Shown here: positions 53,162 through 63,653 of the stretch, one piece after another
Layout: every line of letters starts with the position of its first letter
Numbering within the stretch: position 1 is the first letter of the stretch
NCBI RefSeq assembly: GCF_006345805.1
Contig: NC_042999.1
Span: forward strand, 34,286,001 to 34,350,000
Source of the DNA: Octopus sinensis
Lineage: Eukaryota
Direction of reading: 5' to 3'
DNA length: 64,000 bases
Position numbers and translations under genes: made by a program
Notes under the pieces: generated by a model
Seen by the model: the letters and a program-made list of their open reading frames with translations, nothing else
The model's database searches: none
What the model was told of the DNA's origin: nothing

Positions 53162-53545
53162 TACAGGGTAAATGTTTTTTAAATTTTCTCCTTGTTTACG
53201 GAATTGATTTTTATTTGCGGTTGAAGCTTTGGCTGTTATTTCTAGTGGGTGAATGGCCTATTATGGCCGTTCCTTGATTCTTGATGTTGAACTTAAAAAT
53301 GGTCTATGACTATTTAATTTTTTCCCACTAGGCCGCTGGTGGCAAAAAAATTCTACAAATTTTTTTTGCCACCCTATATTGATTAATTATGAATTTTCTG
53401 GTTAATTCCGTAATGGAATCGACGGCTTATATTTATTTGCTGCCGATAAATTTGGCGCGAGTGCGACGATTTGAAAATTTTAGGTCAGATATTACCTTGG
53501 CAGGGTCGGAAATGCCTCGTGAAAATATCTGTTCCGACTTGGGCT

Positions 53546-53652
53546 ATTTCTTACTGAAGAATCTGAGGGCCTATGGAAGATTGGCTTGATTTAATTTAAT
53601 CAGGTTAGTTTACCATTAAACAGCAGATGAAACGGTGCATCGTATAAGAATT
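53546..53652 (+). ncRNA. Type I hammerhead ribozyme, copy 9
   Basis: Core intact; TAAGAATT variant; H17 at 53644. Confidence 0.8.
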
Positions 53653-54036
53653 TACAGGGTAAATGTTTTTTAAATTTTCTCCTGGTTTACGGAATTGATT
53701 TTTATTTGCGGTTGAAGCTTTGGCTGTTATTTCTAGTGGGTGAATGGCCTATTATGGCCGTTCCTTGATTGATGATGTTGAACTTAAAAATGGTCTATGA
53801 CTATTTAATTTTTTCCCACTAGGCCGCTGGTGGCAAAAAAATTCTACAAATTTTTTTTGCCACCCTATATTGATTAATTATGAATTTTCTGGTTAATTCC
53901 GTAATGGAATCGACGGCTTATATTTATTTGCTGCCGATAAATTTGGCGCGAGTGCGACGATTTGAAAATTTTAGGTCAGATATTACCTTGGCAGGGTCGG
54001 AAATGCCTCGTGAAAATATTTGTTCCGACTTGGGCT

Positions 54037-54143
54037 ATTTCTTACTGAAGAATCTGAGGGCCTATAGAAGATTGGCTTGATTTAATTTAATCAGGTTAGT
54101 TTACCATTAAACAGCAGATGAAACGGTGCATCGTATAAGAAAT
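54037..54143 (+). ncRNA. Type I hammerhead ribozyme, copy 10
   Basis: Intact; H17 at 54135. Confidence 0.85.
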
Positions 54144-54527
54144 TACAGGGTAAATGTTTTTTAAATTTTCTCCTGGTTTACGGAATTGATTTTTATTTGC
54201 GGTTGAAGCTTTGGCTGTTATTTCTAGTGGGTGAATGGCCTATTATGGCCGTTCCTTGATTGTTGATGTTGAACTTAAAAATGGTCTATGACTATTTAAT
54301 TTTTTCCCACTAGGCCGCTGGTGGCAAAAAAATTCTACAAAATTTTTTTTGCCACCCTATATTGATTAATTATGAATTTTCTGGTTAATTCCGTAATGGA
54401 ATCGACGGCTTATATTTATTTGCTGCCGATAAATTGGCGCGAGTGCGACGATTTGAAAATTTTAGGTCAGATATTACCTTGGCAGGGTCGGAAATGCCTC
54501 GTGAAAATATCTGTTCCGACTTGGGCT

Positions 54528-54634
54528 ATTTCTTACTGAAGAATCTGAGGGCCTATGGAAGATTGGCTTGATTTAATTTAATCAGGTTAGTTTACCATTA
54601 AACATCAGATGAAACGGTGCATCGTATAAGAAAT
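54528..54634 (+). ncRNA. Type I hammerhead ribozyme, copy 11
   Basis: Intact; H17 at 54626. Confidence 0.85.
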
Positions 54635-55019
54635 TACAGGGTAAATGTTTTTTAAATTTTCTCCTTGTTTACGGAATTGATTTTTATTTGCGGTTGAAGC
54701 TTTGGCTGTTATTTCTAGTGGGTGAATGGCCTATTATGGCCGTTCCTTGATTCTTGATGTTGAACTTAAAAATGGTCTATGACTATTTAATTTTTTCCCA
54801 CTAGGCCGCTGGTGGCAAAAAAATTCTACAAATTTTTTTTTGCCACCCTATATTGATTAATTATGAATTTTCTGTTTAATTCCGTAATGGAATCGACGGC
54901 TTATATTTATTTGCTGCCGATAAATTTGGCGCGAGTGCGACGATTTGAAAATTTTAGGTCAGATATTACCTTGGCAGGGTCGGAAATGCCTCGTGAAAAT
55001 ATCTGTTCCGACTTGGGCT

Positions 55020-55126
55020 ATTTCTTACTGAAGAATCTGAGGGCCTATAGAATATTGGCTTGATTTAATTTAATCAGGTTAGTTTACCATTAAACAGCAG
55101 ATGAAACGGTGCATCGTATAAGAAAT
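55020..55126 (+). ncRNA. Type I hammerhead ribozyme, copy 12
   Basis: Intact core; H17 at 55118. Confidence 0.85.
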
Positions 55127-55356
55127 TACAGGGTAAATGTTTTTTAAATTTTCTCCTGGTTTACGGAATTGATTTTTATTTGCGGTTGAAGCTTTGGCTG
55201 TTATTTCTAGTGGGTGAATGGCCTATTATGGCCGTTCCTTGATTGTTGATGTTGAACTTAAAAATGGTCTATGACTATTTAATTTTTTCCCACTAGGCCG
55301 CTGGTGGCAAAAATTCTACAATTTTTTTGTTTTTGCCACCCTATATTGATTAATTA

Positions 55357-55402
<46 letters not shown>

Positions 55403-55531
55403 CATAAATATGTATGCAGATATATATAATATATATAAATATGTATATATATATATGTACATATGTATATGTACATATATATATGTATGCGGATATATAT
55501 ATATACATATATATATGAGTGTGTGCGTGCG

Positions 55532-55576
<45 letters not shown>

Positions 55577-55599
55577 TGAAAGCGCATAGCTTAATTCTT

Positions 55600-55910
55600 A
55601 GGGTGCTGCACTCAAATTTCGACAAAACAATGGAAACGCCTGAAAGTTTCAAACACATTTATTTTAATATGGGGTAGGACCGCCTTTAGCAGTAATTACA
55701 GCTTGAATTCTACGAGGTATGGACTAATACAAAGTTCGAATTGTTTGCAAAGGAATTTTCGTCCATTTTTCAGCTAAAACTGTCACCAGTTCTTGTAGTG
55801 ATGATGGTGGAGGATATCGACTCCTTTGCTATTTTTCTAAAATTCACCATGAATGTTCAATAATATTGAGTTCTGATGACTGTGCTGGCTAAATAAGATG
55901 TTCAACTTCA
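55600..55910 (-). mobile_element. Tc1-type transposon 3' end
   Basis: PAQSSELNIIE...RYPPPSSLQELVTVLAEKWTKIPLQTI...SIPRRIQAVITAKGGPTPY stop. Confidence 0.85.
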
Positions 55911-56239
55911 CAAGATCCCACAACCATAAGATGAATTTGATTAGATAAAATGTTTAATTAGTCTTCACTATTAATTTTGCCACGAACGGAAAGCAATCGG
56001 TAGGCGGAAGTCCAAGATATAGGACCTCAGGTCATCACATATCATTCTAGCATGTTTATCAAGAAAGTAATAAAATAAAGGGAAAGCCAATCTCGAAGGA
56101 GGGAGTTAAGGGTGAGAATTCGAGGGCAGTATGTAAGGGTTGGTCAAAAGAGAGGAAGGCGTCTAGTTATTCGCGGAAGAGTGACGGCGCACCGATTCAG
56201 TCATCGTTAGCATAACTGTATATTTCGGGAGTGGGACCA

Positions 56240-56760
56240 AAGAATCATGAGGATATTTGGTCTTCAACGTAGCCAGCGAACAGTTTCGCATTGTTCGCAT
56301 GTGTGAAAAAAGCGATGGTTGCATGTGCTTAGTGCCTCACTATGTTTATTTAGCAGTGCTGGAGAGTTGTGCTTTAATATTTGTAATGCCTCCTTCAGGC
56401 AAAGCTTGCAGGTTGAGCGTTGACCTCGGTAGGGAAGCCCAGAGTCCAGTATGAACCATGACAGAGTGTAGGATGCAAAGCTTGCAGGTTGAGCGTTGAC
56501 CTCGGTAGGGAAGCCCAGAGTCCAGTATGAACCATGACAGAGTGTAGGATATATTTGTATTTTTGAGATGATGTATGTGGTTGGCGAGCGTTGTAGATTT
56601 ACTATGTTTATTGCATCGATAAGAATGGAGGTGAGTGGCATATCGTTGCTTAAAATGTTTGGTTGATCCTATGAATATGGCTGTGTAACATATTAAGGAC
56701 AGTGCATTTGTAAATTACATTATATCTTCTGCAATTACAATTAGGTGAATTTTGGGGATA
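56240..56760 (-). pseudogene. Penelope-like GIY-YIG endonuclease relic
   Basis: NVIYKCTV...FIGSTKHFKQRYATH...STTLANHIHHLK...YTLSWFIL...PY....TCKLCLKE...LLNKHSE...CNH; 76-bp tandem duplication at 56399-56550. Confidence 0.85.
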
Positions 56761-57123
56761 GTGTTCAGTAATAGGGGAGGTAATATCGTCGGAAGAGGGG
56801 TTATAAAAAGGGTTAGAAGATTCTATATTATTAGTATTATTAACGTTATCATTACCATCATTGCTATTATTACTATTGTTGTTATTAATTTAATATTTTT
56901 AAGGGTGTTAGAGATTGTGGTGGTGTTCCTGGCAGTGTCAGTAGGATGTGTTTAGTTGTTGTAAGTAGGATGGGTTAGGTTGTTGTTGTGGTCTAATGTA
57001 AGGATATCATGCTGGAGCTGTGTGTGTGTTGAGTGTTCGTATTACTAGAGTTGTAGTATGTGAGTTTTGATAGTAAAGAGAGAGGTTTTGCTTATTAGAG
57101 GCAGCTACATGCATATAGATATG

Positions 57124-57185
<62 letters not shown>

Positions 57186-57689
57186 CATGGTATATATATG
57201 TATATGCATGCCTACCTCGGCTGGTGTCGTTTCCATTGAAGTTGTTCTCGATTATCCGCTGGTTTCCAAAAATAATATCTGGAAAAATAAAAATCAATTT
57301 AAGCAAATTCACTCGACTTTACGTCCGTCGGTCACAAATATTGGAATCGTAAAGTCGCTAGAAAACTGTTAAAAGCACATAAAATTATGTTACCGTATAT
57401 TAAATAAGAATCAAAGCATATAAAATCATATTAAAATACGTACAGTAAATGTTAAGATACATACCATAAAGTATGTACAAAATCATGAAATAAGCTCTGT
57501 TATCTTATTGGGCTTTCGGAGCTCATATTGCACTATAGGTCCAACATTTATAATCAGGCATTGCTGTAACTCGTGATATCTGCGATTATTTTGAATTCAG
57601 GTTTGTTTACTTTTTCATTCTCATTCATTAGTGACATACATATATATGTTTATTAGTAGTGATACTACTAGGTATTTAATTAATAAACA

Positions 57690-58185
57690 CAATATTTATA
57701 ATAAGAAACGGAAATCAGTAACATGTAAAGCCTCCTCATCAACTGTTATTAATGATTTTTCTTATAAAGCATGTGATCGTAAAAATAAAGTTAGCTGTAT
57801 GGTTAAAAATTTAAGTAAAATTAAAAATGCAGTATACCAATGTGAAGTTACCATAGAAATTAATAATAAATATATTTATATTGGATCAACTAAAAAAGAA
57901 ATTAAGAATCGTTTATCAACAAATTTATATACATTTCGGAATAGGAGATTCAACGGGTCTAAGTAAATTCATATGGAAGCTTAAAGATCAACGAATAAAT
58001 TTAATCTCGAATTGGATATGTAGGTTACTGCACCTAGCTATAATATACGAAATAAGAAGTGTGTTCTTTATTTGAATGAGAAATTATTTATTATAATGGC
58101 TACACTTCCTTTACTTAAATTGCGGAATGAAAAATTAATTCTTGCCTACATAAAAATAAATATGTATTTACTAGATATAAATGAT
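57690..58185 (+). pseudogene. Penelope-like GIY-YIG endonuclease relic
   Basis: NAVYQCEVT...YIYIGSTKKEIKNR...GLSKFIWKLKD... with frameshifts. Confidence 0.8.
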
Positions 58186-58283
58186 TTTTATTACTTATTA
58201 TTATAGGCTGCTATATTGAAACCTTATGATAGATAATTTTATCTATTATTTAAAGCAAATAAATAACTTTCATGATTATAAAT

Positions 58284-60690
58284 CCTTAAATCCTTAAATC
58301 CTTAAAAATGTTTTAGCCCGAAGGCCGCGGCCATGCTGGGGCACCACCGCTGAATGAGCTACACTAGTTTGTGAATCCACCTCTGATACGTGGCACTTGA
58401 TCAACAAGGGAGTTCGATGCTGCTGCCCGCATCCGTGTCTCCTGTCGTGAGGTAGGTTCATCTGGGACTCCCAACAAGAAGAGATCCAGTTTAGTTTCAA
58501 AGAAACCCACATCCACACCATGTAAGTCTCTCAGGCATTTAGGGAGGATGTTAAAGAGCTGTGGTCCTCTGAAACCAAGCTGTTGCAGTATCTGGACCTG
58601 TATTTTGATGGTGATGTTGGAATCCTTGGCACCACGCAGCGGCGCCCCGTTCTGCGGTTGGAGTAACTTTGAATGCCAAAGTTTGGGACAAGACCCTCCA
58701 GGATTTTCCAGATGTATATCACTGCATATCTCTCCCGCCTCCGCTCCAGGGAGAAGAGGTTTAATACCTTCAGTCTTTCCCAGTAGCTGACATTTTGCAT
58801 TGAGACGATTTTCTTTGTGTAGCTTCTCTGAGTTGCTTCGAGTTCTGCTGTTTGTTTTATATTGTGTGGTGACCAAAGTTGGGAGCAGTAGTCCAAGCGG
58901 CTGAGGACAAATGTTTTCCATAGGACCATCAGTGTCTCCTTCTCTCTTGTTCTGAAAGTTCGGAGAATCCATCCAGCTAGCCGTCTGCATTTTATCACCA
59001 GATTAGCAATATGCATTTGGAAAGATGCATCATTGCTCATGTCAATGCCCAGGTCACGCACTGATTTTGACTCAGGGATTGCAATTCTTCCTGGGCCAGT
59101 GTATCCAGTCTTCACGTCATTTACCTTTGTGTGCCAGTAGCGCAGGGCCTGGAACTTACCTGCATTAAACTGCATGTTGTTGTCCTCAGCCCACCTGTAT
59201 ATTGTGTCCAGCTCATGTTGCAGATGCGCAATATTTTCAGGGTTTTGTATTGCGTGGGAGACTTTTGTGTCATCTGCATAGCTAGCAAGGGTGGTCATCG
59301 TAGCAACTGAAGGCATGTCTGAAAGGGCCACTATGAACATCAGTGGCCCCAAGACAGTGCCCTGTGGGACACCGCTTGTTATTTGCGTTTCCCTGGAGGT
59401 GGCTCCATTGCTCACAACTGCCTGTTTTCTGTCTTTTAGGAAGTTGTGCAGCCACTCTCCAAGTTTCCCGCCTATGCCGAGACCACGCAGTTTGTGACAG
59501 ATCATACCATGGTCGACTTTATCAAAGTCAAGATATATTACATCCACATTTGAGCCATTTAGTAGCTGTTTCAACACCCAGTCATAGTGTTGCAGGAGCT
59601 GTGTTAGGCAGCCTCTACCTGGTCGAAATCCATGCTGGGTGTCAGACAGTAAGTCATTTTCTTCAAGGAACATGATTAGTTTCTTACGGACTATTCGTTC
59701 CATGACTTTGCTGATGTGTGAGGTCAGAGAGATAGGCCTATAATTTTTAGCATCTGCTCTGCTACCTCCCTTATGGATAGGGCATATTACCCCCTCTTTC
59801 AGTTTGACTGGGAGCTTACCACTTGCAAGAAAGCTCTGAAAAAGAAGCTGTAGCGGTTTTGCAAGGGCTCGTTTGCACGATTTGAGAAGGATCGCTGGGA
59901 ATCCATCAGGTCCAGCAGCTGAGTTTGTGTCAATCTCATCAATGGCTAGTGTGATATCATCTTCTTCGATGTTGATGTACTCAATTTTTGTCTCTTTGGT
60001 CGCTGGTAAAGTGGCAAAGAATTCTTCTGGGTTGTTTACTTGCCTGTGTCCTAGAGGTGTAGTGAACACACTTTGGAACTGTTCATTCAGTATTTCACTT
60101 ATCCTCGTGGGATTTCCTGTGAGAGAGCCATCTTTTTGGAAGAGAGGTCCTATTCTCTGGTGCACTGTGGCTGTCTCTTTGGCAAACTTAAAGAAAGCTT
60201 TAGGGTTTGATTTTATATTTTCTATTACCCAAGCTTCTTTATCTGCTCTCTCCTTTTCATGGGACTGATGTAGACTTTTCTCAGTTTCCATTAGCATTCT
60301 TTCGAGCCGAGACTTCTCACCACTTTTGGTGTGCTTGCTCAGGCGGTTTGCAATCCTTGTCCGTCGTCTCATAAGAATCCTCCTTTCTCTAGGGATCCTG
60401 TTTTTGTTCTTGTGTGTGCTGGCCCTGCACATTGGGACATATTTGTCACATATGGCTTGTATTATGGACATGAAGTGTTTGTGTTTCGTGTTTATGTCCG
60501 GTGTGGAGAGACATTCAGGCCAATCCTGTTTGAGGATCTCTTTCTCAATCGACTTCCAGTTGGCTTTATGAAAGTTTAAGTTGGAGAGATGGTGGGTGCT
60601 TCGTATAGGCTGTGTGTCTGCGGGGGCTTTTGTTCCATACATAGACAGCTCTATTATGTTGTGATCCGAGATCATTGTCGGCATCACACT
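58284..60690 (-). mobile_element. Young 5'-truncated CR1/L2-type LINE with 3' UTR stem-loop and (TTTAAGGA)n tail
   Basis: Continuous ORF2 from end of APE (SDHNII) through RT; tail at 58284-58305. Confidence 0.92.
58531..60687 (-). CDS. LINE ORF2 reverse transcriptase, 718-aa open frame (5'-truncated, frameshift near C-terminus; probably non-functional)
   Basis: NYRPISLTSHISKVMERIV, QHGFRPGRGC, GVPQGTVLGPL, YADD, YLDF[AKAF missing]DKVDH; natural C-terminus continues in the 58364-58990 frame. Confidence 0.85.
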   Translation of the reverse strand: MMPTMISDHNIIELSMYGTKAPADTQPIRSTHHLSNLNFHKANWKSIEKEILKQDWPECLSTPDINTKHKHFMSIIQAICDKYVPMCRASTHKNKNRIPRERRILMRRRTRIANRLSKHTKSGEKSRLERMLMETEKSLHQSHEKERADKEAWVIENIKSNPKAFFKFAKETATVHQRIGPLFQKDGSLTGNPTRISEILNEQFQSVFTTPLGHRQVNNPEEFFATLPATKETKIEYINIEEDDITLAIDEIDTNSAAGPDGFPAILLKSCKRALAKPLQLLFQSFLASGKLPVKLKEGVICPIHKGGSRADAKNYRPISLTSHISKVMERIVRKKLIMFLEENDLLSDTQHGFRPGRGCLTQLLQHYDWVLKQLLNGSNVDVIYLDFDKVDHGMICHKLRGLGIGGKLGEWLHNFLKDRKQAVVSNGATSRETQITSGVPQGTVLGPLMFIVALSDMPSVATMTTLASYADDTKVSHAIQNPENIAHLQHELDTIYRWAEDNNMQFNAGKFQALRYWHTKVNDVKTGYTGPGRIAIPESKSVRDLGIDMSNDASFQMHIANLVIKCRRLAGWILRTFRTREKETLMVLWKTFVLSRLDYCSQLWSPHNIKQTAELEATQRSYTKKIVSMQNVSYWERLKVLNLFSLERRRERYAVIYIWKILEGLVPNFGIQSYSNRRTGRRCVVPRIPTSPSKYRSRYCNSLVSEDHSSLTSSLNA

Positions 60691-60854
60691 AACATTATGG
60701 ATAATTTAAATTATAAATAGAACTTAATTATTTTTCCCATTCTAAAAATGTATGTAAATATAAATTGTTGAAGATATTTGTTGGTCCTTGTATATATATA
60801 CGCATGCACACACACACACGCACACACACACACACCACACACACACACACACAT

Positions 60855-60890
<36 letters not shown>

Positions 60891-61185
60891 CATATTTACA
60901 CATCCTTATACATGGAAAAAGTCACGTACACATATGTGAAGGTGTTTGTGTATATATGACGGTGTATATATCAGAATATATATGTGTCCAGGTATATATA
61001 AGGGTATATATGTAAGTATAGGTGTATTTGTGCGTATATATATTTATCTAGGCACATATGAGTAGCTATGTGGGTATATGTATGTGCATATATGTAAGAC
61101 TGTGTATATATAAGTGCATATGTATGTGCAAATGTGCGTATATATATATGCATACTAATGCATAATTACATACATATATACATAC

Positions 61186-61241
<56 letters not shown>

Positions 61242-61613
61242 TTATTTATTATATACATCATACTAATGCAACTACATAGCTGCCTATAATGGGATACACA
61301 TGAAGATATGGCGTATTTATCTTGTTTAATTTGTTGTTCGGCTCGCTGTTCGTACTAGAGACATTTGCTTAATATTGGTATTACTTTGGTTTTGATGTAT
61401 GTGTAGAATTTATTTGTCTATGTCTGTATAGATTAAGTTTCGTTTTTCGTTTTCTTTAAACGTATCGATATGCGTATATGAGAGTAAATGAATAACTTGA
61501 TATATGTGAAGATATAGCGTATTTATCTTGAATACTGTTTTATTTTGGCTCGTTGTTTGTATTTGTATCACTTTGTTTTTGTTGTATGTACGCACTTTAA
61601 TTGTTTATTCGTT

Positions 61614-62376
61614 AACCGTATCGAGTTGTTTTTGTTTTTCGCATTGCTTCTATAAATGGGAAAGTAGTCCCGCTATATATACTTTAAACTATAATTTAAA
61701 TAAATTGTAAGTAGGATTTATATTATAAATTCTTCTATTTAGATTTGAATTAATATATAACACAACGTTTTACCATAACTATATAGGCATGTGTGTATGG
61801 AAATGTATATGTATGCATTTTGTAAAGATATATATATTTATATATATATATATATATCTTTATATAGATATATAGATATAGCTATGTATATATGAATATA
61901 TGTATATATGAATATTCTTTTACTCTTTTATTCTTTTACTTGTTTCAGCCATCCGGCTGAGGCCATGCTGGGGCATGTATATATGAATATATGTATTATA
62001 ATGAAATCGATTATAGAAGTAGATAATAATAGATTTAAATTTAGGAATCTACGTAATTTCAGTTAAATTATTTATTTAAAATTAAGCTCGCTCTCAAAAC
62101 GATTTTTTTGTTGATTTTTTTTTTGAGCGTTAACAGTTATAAAAAGTTTCAATCGTTAATTTTCATGGATTATTTATGAAGATATGTTAATCCAATAAAA
62201 GCTAATTATATCTAAACATTCTTGAAAAACATGGGTTCATTAATGAAGTGGAAACAGTTGTAATTTATGAGACGTGTCATTTATTAGTATAAAATAATTG
62301 AAAGCAATTGAATTTATTATTTAATAATTCAATTCTGTAATTGTCCAATTTGTTGTTTTGGTTTCCATTTCTAATT

Positions 62377-62432
<56 letters not shown>

Positions 62433-62781
62433 CATATATATTATATATATACAAACGTACACTATCCATTTATGTATATATACATACACACACATACATA
62501 TATACATATGCATATTCGCATACACAAGTTTATATATTCAGTTATATCTATACCTATATACATATATCATTACAAAATGCATACTTATACATTTCCATAC
62601 ACACATGCCTATATAGTTATGGTAACACATTGTGTTATATATTAATTCAAATCTAAATAGAAGAATTTATAATATAAATCCTACTTACAATTTATTTAAA
62701 TTATAGTTTAAAGTATATATAGGTGGACTACTTTCCCATTTATAGAAGGAATGCGAAAAACAAAAACAACTCGATACGGTT
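61614..62781. repeat. 152-bp inverted repeat pair (61614-61765 and 62630-62781)
   Basis: About 3 mismatches by eye; encloses ~860 bp of microsatellite-rich DNA; adjoins a PLE relic. Confidence 0.85.
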
Positions 62782-63049
62782 CAGTGGAATATTGGTATAC
62801 ACGCACATAATTTTATGAACTTTTTAATAATTCCTTCTGGAAATTATCGTTTACATTTTCTTGAGAATGTATATATTTGTTTTAATCTTTTGTGCCCAAT
62901 ATTTCAATGGACTTGTTAAACAATTTTATGTTCTTAACAAGCTCTTGTCACCAAAGAATGTATATATATATATGTATTGTAGTACTCTGTGACAACCAAT
63001 ATTCTGTGCGTGTTTGAATATACAGATACAATACCAATATCCCACTGAA

Positions 63050-63205
63050 CTTTTTAATAATTTTAAGGCACTGGAACAAAAGAAAAGCGACACAATTATC
63101 TAATCATATTTGGTCTTTAAGAGATAAAGGTGTCGATTATAACATACAATGGAAGATTTTGGCCAGATGTAAGAAAACAGATAGAACATGCTTTCTATGT
63201 TATGT
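63050..63205 (+). pseudogene. Penelope-like GIY-YIG C-terminal fragment
   Basis: TQLSNHIWSLRDKGVDYNIQWKILARCKKTDRTCFLC. Confidence 0.8.
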
Positions 63206-63387
63206 CCCAAGAAGAATTTATATATTTTTATATATTTTTATATATTTTTTATGTATTTTTATATAATTTTTACATAATTTTTATGACGAAAAATGCGAGC
63301 GATGTATAAGTACGCAGGCAAGCAGAGTTATAACAGAGTAATTTCCCTTTAAATAACGGTATTTTTTCATAACGTTTTCAAATAGCC

Positions 63388-63450
63388 AGATAACCGAAGA
63401 GATGGTATTGTGGATTTCCACTTCGGCATCTGAAACTCAGAGTTTTATCT
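63388..63450 (+). ncRNA. Degenerate type I hammerhead downstream of the PLE fragment
   Basis: AGATAA/TTATCT stem I; CCGAAGA core (U4 to C); GATG/CATC stem II; TGAAA; palindromic ACTC-A-GAGT stem III; GUU triplet. Confidence 0.55.
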
Positions 63451-63545
63451 TGACTACCGAGTAATGTAACATATTGTATAGATAAATTTCCTCTATTTAC
63501 ATAATATTGAGGTCTCTTTCTTTCTTTTGTTATCTTACCGTATTA

Positions 63546-63653
<108 letters not shown>

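Larger units (their letters stand above)
49588..55361. repeat. Array of ~491-bp hammerhead-containing monomers (candidate non-LTR retrozyme); ~3 units on -, ~8.8 units on +, inversion at 51044/51045
   Basis: Direct reading of repeated unit; (TA)n on both sides; one HHR fold per unit. Confidence 0.95.

Noticed and set aside
53389-53589. 66-aa ORF (MNFLVNSVMEST...) repeated in most monomers of the array
   Set aside because: No recognisable domain, broken by indels in several units, and overlaps structured RNA elements. It recurs only because the DNA is repeated. Ribosome profiling would be needed to revive it.
49588-55361. Array as CRISPR or as tandem Helitrons (hairpin followed by CTAG in each unit, TC at left end)
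   Set aside because: There are no unique spacers, and the units are wholly repeated. Unit boundaries do not fall at the CTAG, and the complete HHR fold explains the unit better.
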